Source: Blastocatellia bacterium
GTDB lineage: Bacteria; Acidobacteriota; Blastocatellia; UBA7656
NCBI GenBank assembly: GCA_963765495.1
Contig: CAVXWP010000007.1
Coordinates: 160,001 to 224,000 of the forward strand
DNA length: 64,000 nt
Direction of reading: 5' to 3'
The translations under genes were made by a program, and so were the position numbers. Positions within the stretch are counted from its first letter, which is position 1. Each line of letters starts with the position of its first letter. Shown piece after piece: positions 58,534-64,000 of this stretch. The notes under the pieces were generated by a model that saw only the letters and a list, made by a program, of their open reading frames with translations, did no database searches and was not told where the DNA came from.

Positions 58534-58628
58534 AGAAGCGCCACCCCGTGCGCGGCCCCGCGTCAGATTACCCGGTTTCAGCAGTAAAGACCATCTGCGA
58601 CACCTGCCGTCGAGGGCCGGACGCTTCC
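58534..58628 (-). ncRNA. Structured small RNA resembling the Acido-Lenti-1 motif
   Basis: Minus strand GGAAGCGTCCGGCCCT..GGGGCCGCGCACG..GGCGCTTCT folds as nested stems; pyrimidine-rich tail; the GTCCGGCC..GGCCG match is from my recollection of the motif. Confidence 0.55.
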
Positions 58629-58638
58629 ATGTAATACC

Positions 58639-60099
58639 ATGTCCCTCACACACAGAGAGCTGGAGGCTGAAAGACAGGCTTCAAAGGTGCAAGCGGGCGA
58701 ACCCGACTGTCTTGCCCCGACGCCTGACGAGTCGCGTGTGCCCTCGCCTGATGCGCCTGATCTCACGGCTGTCTGGACGCCGAGGACGCGCCGCCGCGTG
58801 ACCTCATCGCTTTTCAGTTCGCTCGTGGCCGTATTGATCGGCAGCCTCGTCCTGCGGTTGTCTGCTCAGACCATGGGCCAGATGCTACAGTTTTATTTCG
58901 CCGAAATAGATCGCAACTATTACACTATCTCAAACACCGTCACGGGCCTCATCACGGCTTCTTTCTTTATCAGCGAATTGCTCGGCTCTCCGTTGCTTGG
59001 CGCGATGAGCGACCGGTACGGGCGCAAGCTTTTCATGCTGCTCGGGCCGTTGCTCGGCGTCGTAGCCGTGCAGATAACTTCGATGACGGTGACTATCTGG
59101 TTGCTTGTCATCACCCGCCTGCTCGAAGGCTTATCGACGGCCGCGGCCATTCCGGCCACGCTCGGTTACATATCGGAAGTCACTTCGGGGCGTCCGAAAC
59201 TGCGCGCGCGCATTATGGGTCTGTTCGAGATAACGCTTGTCGGGGGGCTGGCGCTCGGGGCGCTTGCGGGCGGCTATCTATGGACGTTTTTCGGAAACTC
59301 CGTGACTATCGCGGGCGTCCATCTGATCAGCCCGGCCTTTAGCCTCAACGGAGTTTTGTACCTCATCAGCTTTGCGATCTTTTTCTGGGGAGTCAGAGAC
59401 ATACGACGCAGGCGACGTGTGGATCGAAGCCAGCAGGCCCGGTTGAAGCACTTTCGCGAGGTGTTGAGCGCGCCGAGAGTCTGGAGGTTTATTCCCGCGT
59501 GGGTTTCGATCTTTTCTATAGTGGGGATCTGGATCAACCATAGCGTCCGGTTGCTGACGGGCAAGGATCATTACGGCTTTCAACTTCTGACTGGCAACAT
59601 CACGCCCGAAAAATTTGGCAACGGATTCGCTATACTGGCCGTCATCTTTGCCTGCGGCGTAATGGCCTGGAGCTTTCTGCTGAGCCGCTATCGCAAGACG
59701 AACGTGATGCTTGTATCAACCGGCGGATTGTTTCTCGCGCTCCTTACGGTTTACGGGCTGAATCATATGAGCACAATCAACAGCCCGCTTTATTACCCCC
59801 TGATTCTGATACTGCTTGTGGGGCTTGTCGTGCTGAGCGGATTCACCCCGGCGGCGCTTACTTATCTGGCTGATGTGACCGAATCATACAAGGAAGATCG
59901 GGGCTCGATTATGGGGTTGTATTCGGTCTTTCTCGGCGTGGGGCAACTCATAGGCACGGCCACGGGCGGGTACTTTGCCGACTGGGCGGGGCTTGACGGG
60001 CTGTTGCTGCTGAGCGCGATCTTCGGAGTAATCACCACCCTGACTCTTGTTGCGCTTCGCCGTCAGGAAACGCCCGCCCTCAGAACCATAAATATTTGA
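58639..60099 (+). CDS. MFS transporter (start uncertain)
   Basis: GAMSDRYGRK motif A; about 12 hydrophobic segments; DRGSIMGLYS. Confidence 0.9.
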   Translation: MSLTHRELEAERQASKVQAGEPDCLAPTPDESRVPSPDAPDLTAVWTPRTRRRVTSSLFSSLVAVLIGSLVLRLSAQTMGQMLQFYFAEIDRNYYTISNTVTGLITASFFISELLGSPLLGAMSDRYGRKLFMLLGPLLGVVAVQITSMTVTIWLLVITRLLEGLSTAAAIPATLGYISEVTSGRPKLRARIMGLFEITLVGGLALGALAGGYLWTFFGNSVTIAGVHLISPAFSLNGVLYLISFAIFFWGVRDIRRRRRVDRSQQARLKHFREVLSAPRVWRFIPAWVSIFSIVGIWINHSVRLLTGKDHYGFQLLTGNITPEKFGNGFAILAVIFACGVMAWSFLLSRYRKTNVMLVSTGGLFLALLTVYGLNHMSTINSPLYYPLILILLVGLVVLSGFTPAALTYLADVTESYKEDRGSIMGLYSVFLGVGQLIGTATGGYFADWAGLDGLLLLSAIFGVITTLTLVALRRQETPALRTINI

Positions 60100-60196
60100 T
60101 GATGCGTGATTCGTGATTCGTGACCTGCCAGGTTTGCAAGTTGACTTAAACAGGCAGCCCATCTAAAAATCACGCATCACGCATCACGAATCACGC
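60097..60196. repeat. GTGATGC inverted-heptamer element between convergent genes; begins at the MFS stop
   Basis: tgatgatgcgtgattcgtgattcgtga..aatcacgcatcacgcatcacgaatcacgc. Confidence 0.88.
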
Positions 60197-60200
60197 CTTA

Positions 60201-61685
60201 TTACTTCCCGTCTATCGAGAAAGCGTAGAGCTTGTTGTTGGCCTTGCCCACGCGCAGGAATGTATAGCCCGATCCCAGATAGAGCACCCCATCAACCACA
60301 GTAGGCCCGCCGCCGACCGCGCCCCCCGTGTCAAATTCCCAGAGTATCTTGCCGTCCTTTGCATCATAAGCGCGGATAAAATTCTTGTTTGTGCCCGCAA
60401 ATACCAGCCGGTTCGCGCCCGTTCCCGTGACGGTGATGGGGCCGAAATTCGATCCGTTATCGGGACTCGGCGTCTGCCACACAATCTTGCCCGTAGCACC
60501 GTCGAGCGCGGCTATAGAGCCTTGCTTCGGGAAGTTGGATATGGCGGCGTAGACTCGCTCGCCATCTGTGGCAGTGCCGAACTCTATGCCGCCGAGTTTT
60601 CCGCCCGGCCCGACTTCGGTCTTCCAGACGAGCTTGCCGTCCTTTGGGTCAACCGCGTAAAACCATCCGCTCTTTTGCCCCGCGCCTATCAAGGATTTTC
60701 CGCCCGCTCCCTTAAAGGTGATCGGGATCGTGCCGAAATCTACATCCATGTCGCTGCAATCGGGATCGTTGCGGCAGTCGAATGTCCAGATGTCTTTTGG
60801 CGTAGCCTGATTTGACCAGACCATTTTGCCCGTGTTTAAATCCAGCGCGATTATCGCGTTAGGATACTTGGAAGCAGGCCCCGTGTATTGATTGCCCGTC
60901 GAGACGTATAGCCGATTCGCTCCCGGGTTTATCGAGACCGTGGACCATACGGCTCCGCCGGCCGGGCCTATCATCGTTATATCCCGCTTGTTTTTGCCCA
61001 TCGGCGCGGGCGTTTCCGGTATCACGTAATATCGCCAGACCATCTTGCCGGTCTTCGCGTCAAAGGCCGCGACCCCTCCTCGAAACGTGCAGCATTCATA
61101 GTTGCGGTCCTTCATTATCGCGCCTTCCTCGTGCGAAGAGACGCCGATGTAAACCCGACCGTTGTGATAAAGCGGCGAGCTCGTAGCCACCGTTGCCGGG
61201 TGCTCGTCTATCTTGGCCTTCCATTTGAGCGCACCCGTCTGGGCGTCGAGAGCGTGGAGCCATCCGGCTATGTCGCCTACAAACAGCACTCCGTCGCCAT
61301 AGGCCGCGCCGCTTCGCGAAGCGTAAGAGCATTCATACTCCCATAACTTTTTGCCGGTCTTTGCGTCTACGGCATACTCTTTCCCGTCCCACGACCCGAA
61401 ATAGACTACGCCGCCCACGACCGTCGGCTGGCTTGAAACATCCGCGCCGGTTTCGAATACCCATTTGGGCTTCAGCCGGGCAACCGTCGCCGGAGTGATC
61501 TGCTTTTCGGTTGGATTATGGTGCGAGCCTGCGAGATCGCGACCATACATAGGCCAGTCCGATTGACCGATGCGACCGTTACCGGCGATTGATTTCGGTT
61601 TCTTGCTCTGCTGAGCCGATGCCTGCGGCACCATAAAGATTTGAAGCGCAAGCGCGCAAACTATTACATAGATCCTGAGGCGCAT
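60201..61685 (-). CDS. Secreted PQQ-binding beta-propeller protein (PVA-dehydrogenase-like)
   Basis: DWPMYG, repeated A.DAKTGK..W docking motifs, CCTFRG, GGAVWS, DVDFG, AGQKSG. Confidence 0.85.
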   Translation of the reverse strand: MRLRIYVIVCALALQIFMVPQASAQQSKKPKSIAGNGRIGQSDWPMYGRDLAGSHHNPTEKQITPATVARLKPKWVFETGADVSSQPTVVGGVVYFGSWDGKEYAVDAKTGKKLWEYECSYASRSGAAYGDGVLFVGDIAGWLHALDAQTGALKWKAKIDEHPATVATSSPLYHNGRVYIGVSSHEEGAIMKDRNYECCTFRGGVAAFDAKTGKMVWRYYVIPETPAPMGKNKRDITMIGPAGGAVWSTVSINPGANRLYVSTGNQYTGPASKYPNAIIALDLNTGKMVWSNQATPKDIWTFDCRNDPDCSDMDVDFGTIPITFKGAGGKSLIGAGQKSGWFYAVDPKDGKLVWKTEVGPGGKLGGIEFGTATDGERVYAAISNFPKQGSIAALDGATGKIVWQTPSPDNGSNFGPITVTGTGANRLVFAGTNKNFIRAYDAKDGKILWEFDTGGAVGGGPTVVDGVLYLGSGYTFLRVGKANNKLYAFSIDGK

Positions 61686-61822
61686 TCGTCTTTCCTTTCT
61701 ATTCCACTGATGGCTTTAGGGATTAGGTCAATGATTCTAGTAAATCGGTCCCGGTCTTTCAAGGAAGCTGAGAGGCGCTGTTGGGAATGTGAGAAACTTC
61801 TCTGATCGTTTTACCTCGGTGC

Positions 61823-61850
61823 TTGACATCACATATCGGAATGTTATAAT
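61823..61850 (+). promoter_or_regulatory. Consensus sigma70 promoter with extended -10
   Basis: TTGACA-N16-TATAAT with TG one base before the -10. Confidence 0.75.
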
Positions 61851-62241
61851 CGTTCCCGTATCTAGCAGGGTTTCCAGAAGCTCGATTTGAGAATATCAAT
61901 CGTCAGTTCTACGTTTTGTGAAGTATATGCCACATTTATGATCAATTTAGTCAGTTAAGTAGGGACCGAAGCTTAGCCAGTGCTATTTTCGACTCCTGCC
62001 AGTTTCACTCGGTCATAACATATCCATACTTGCCCGGCGAGTATAGTGTCGAAAAGATGTCTTAAACCAAAAGGGTTTGCCCCGAAGGTTTATCGGAGTT
62101 CCGCCCGTGGGAGAGTCGATAGGTCTTGAATAAGGCAAGCCAAGCTCTTCGTGTGCCCAAACAGATGAGCAAACTTGTTGAGGAATCTGATTGGACGCAG
62201 CTTATATCTCCACATGCTTTCAAAATTACTAGGAGATGGCA

Positions 62242-64000
62242 ATGATCAAGTTCCAGCTTTACAAGAGTGGCCTCTACCTGACCGAAACCGACATCAATGA
62301 TCCGAGCAAGGCGCGCATCGGTTTCATGTTTCAGAGTGCCAGTGGGAATCCAACGACTTTCGAACTTTCTCAGCAGACGTGGATCGATCCGAACCAGCAA
62401 GGATACTTCGCGTTCTTCGTGCCGTCGGCCACGCGTGACTGGGACTCTTTTTCCGCAAGCGTTCGCAACCTGTTTAGCGGAACATTTGGCGCTCAGTTTG
62501 GATGGTTTTCAGAAAGCGGCGGCAACGTCACGGCAGAGACACTGTTTCTTGTCGGCAATCAGGGCACTTCAACGCCCCGCATCCAGTCACCGGCCTCCTT
62601 TATTTTTAACAATGTCACGCTGCAGATTCAGCCCAACCCTTTTGGACAACCTGCCGTCATCTCTTTCAACGACGATACAAATACGTTCGAGATCGTCAAT
62701 CCTTCCGTCAGTGGCCAGCCAGCTGTGAGAATCGTAGCGCAGCCTCCCGTCGGAGCATCCCAGACTTACTTTTCAAATTCGCCAAGCCTCTTGCTGCCGA
62801 TGGTCGATCCGCACGCGGGCAGCGTCAATGCCGGTTTCCAGTTTGACACGCAGGCGCTGGCTCAGTTCGAGGCGGGCTTCATGTATTTCGGGCCACCGCC
62901 TCAGGCGGGACAGCCGCTTACGGCGCTCAACTATCCGCTATTGCGCGCGCCCGGCGGCGCTCCGACTGCGCTCAATTTTCAAGCCTGGCTCGATGTGTTG
63001 CAGCCGCTTGTGGGTACGCGCTCGTATTTCCAGATCACCGATACCCAAACCGGCTCTTATTATGCCAGCACATCCGGGCGCGCTTTCGCATTGCTTACGA
63101 CAGCCGATGGTGACAGCGACCAGACGAGCCGACTGGTCTTTGCCAACCGCCCGTTCCAGACCACGGATGACGCGCAATTCTATTACCTGACCCCGGCGGG
63201 CAGGTTCCAACTGGCGATGGACCAAAACGGCGCGCAGAGCGTCTCTTCGTCCGCCCCGCCTTCCTGGCTGATGTGCGGAGTGACGGGAACCGAATTCCTG
63301 AACGCAAAGGTGTCTGGAGAAGTTGCCATACCTGATGCCCTCTACTTTCTGCCTGGGCAGGCTGCATATCGCGTCATACCCCCGCCCGATCAGCCTGCGG
63401 GCAATGATCCTCAACTCCTCGACGATGTCGGAGGCAACGTAACTACATCGTGGGTCCAGTACCTTACGAGTGAAGGCGGATACATCTCGCAACCCGAAGG
63501 GTCTCCGCTCTACGAGCAGGGCACAAACGGGTCGGGGCAATTGTCGGAGCAAAGTGCTTCAAGCGGGCTTACGGTTTATGTGCTCGACTTTTTGCCGTTG
63601 CCGTCCTGGTCGCCGACAACGACCGGGGTAGCCGCAGTTCAAGCTCAGACGGCAGCCCCGGCTGTGCCGATGACTCCATACGCGGGCATCCCGTTCACGA
63701 CCGATCTGACCCCCTTTCGGGAAATGGAGTCGCGGGCGCTGAACCCGACGCGCAAGAACGCGTTCACAAATGCGCAGCCTCCTGCGCAGCCAAAGACCGC
63801 CGATGCTGCCGCTGGGAACCTGACCTTTGCTATGACGCCGCAAGGGCTGCTGGCGGGGCTGACGAGCGCTCCGGCGGTCTGGACCACCACACAGATTGCC
63901 CTGAGCAAGTCCGGGATTCTTCAGCTCACCGATATGGGCAACGCCGTCCGTCAGGCGCTACAGCAGAACCAGATATTTATCGTCATCAGCACAACCGAAA
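62242..64000 (+). CDS. Large hypothetical protein, 5' part only (absent from the ORF track because it has no stop in the window)
   Basis: AGGAG-N6-ATG; open frame of more than 580 codons: MIKFQLYKSG..YYLTPAGRF..LMCGVTGTEFL..TTSWVQY..YISQPEGSPLY..PMTPYAG..TPQGLL. Confidence 0.85.
   Translation, partial: MIKFQLYKSGLYLTETDINDPSKARIGFMFQSASGNPTTFELSQQTWIDPNQQGYFAFFVPSATRDWDSFSASVRNLFSGTFGAQFGWFSESGGNVTAETLFLVGNQGTSTPRIQSPASFIFNNVTLQIQPNPFGQPAVISFNDDTNTFEIVNPSVSGQPAVRIVAQPPVGASQTYFSNSPSLLLPMVDPHAGSVNAGFQFDTQALAQFEAGFMYFGPPPQAGQPLTALNYPLLRAPGGAPTALNFQAWLDVLQPLVGTRSYFQITDTQTGSYYASTSGRAFALLTTADGDSDQTSRLVFANRPFQTTDDAQFYYLTPAGRFQLAMDQNGAQSVSSSAPPSWLMCGVTGTEFLNAKVSGEVAIPDALYFLPGQAAYRVIPPPDQPAGNDPQLLDDVGGNVTTSWVQYLTSEGGYISQPEGSPLYEQGTNGSGQLSEQSASSGLTVYVLDFLPLPSWSPTTTGVAAVQAQTAAPAVPMTPYAGIPFTTDLTPFREMESRALNPTRKNAFTNAQPPAQPKTADAAAGNLTFAMTPQGLLAGLTSAPAVWTTTQIALSKSGILQLTDMGNAVRQALQQNQIFIVISTTE

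Noticed and set aside
58534-58628. tRNA-Sec (starts GGAAG, about 95 nt) or SRP RNA
   Set aside because: No TCA anticodon arm, no TTCGA T-loop or CCA end, and no SRP GGAA/AGCAG helix motif.
62297-63908. Short ORF-track entries at the right edge
   Set aside because: They are alternative frames of the single long ORF starting at 62242.

Overview
A 64 kb chromosomal segment of about 55-60% GC (by eye), most likely from an Acidobacteriota (Blastocatellia-like) bacterium. The taxonomic call rests on the ADOP permeases with PadR, an Oar-like TonB receptor and an Acido-Lenti-1-like RNA. Left to right: a PadR-led operon of five tandem ADOP permeases, the last frameshifted; aminotransferase; TonB receptor; HAD hydrolase; Ser/Thr kinase-ankyrin protein; GAF-PAS-GGDEF-EAL protein; PfkB kinase; OmpA lipoprotein; uvrC; purN; a co-oriented cluster (NrdD-like protein lacking catalytic residues, four-helix-bundle gene, DUF2227-like protein, iodotyrosine deiodinase, AhpD-like selenoprotein); mutS2-dnaG-rpoD; GNAT; a giant secreted protein with a Cys-less transglutaminase-like partner, divergent from an ECF sigma/kinase pair; YHS protein; cyclophilin; MFS transporter; PQQ propeller; and a long ORF running off the right edge. 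Most notable: (1) a four-helix-bundle (IVS/Avd-like) gene enclosed by inverted (GGGATGA)n arms, with an empty twin 2 kb away and several other heptamer/nonamer hairpin families; (2) a probable pseudo-ribonucleotide reductase; (3) a UGA-readthrough selenoprotein next to a deiodinase; (4) DNA-level homogenised ADOP leaders carrying an internal ribosome-binding site. All family calls are from motif recognition only; no searches were run.
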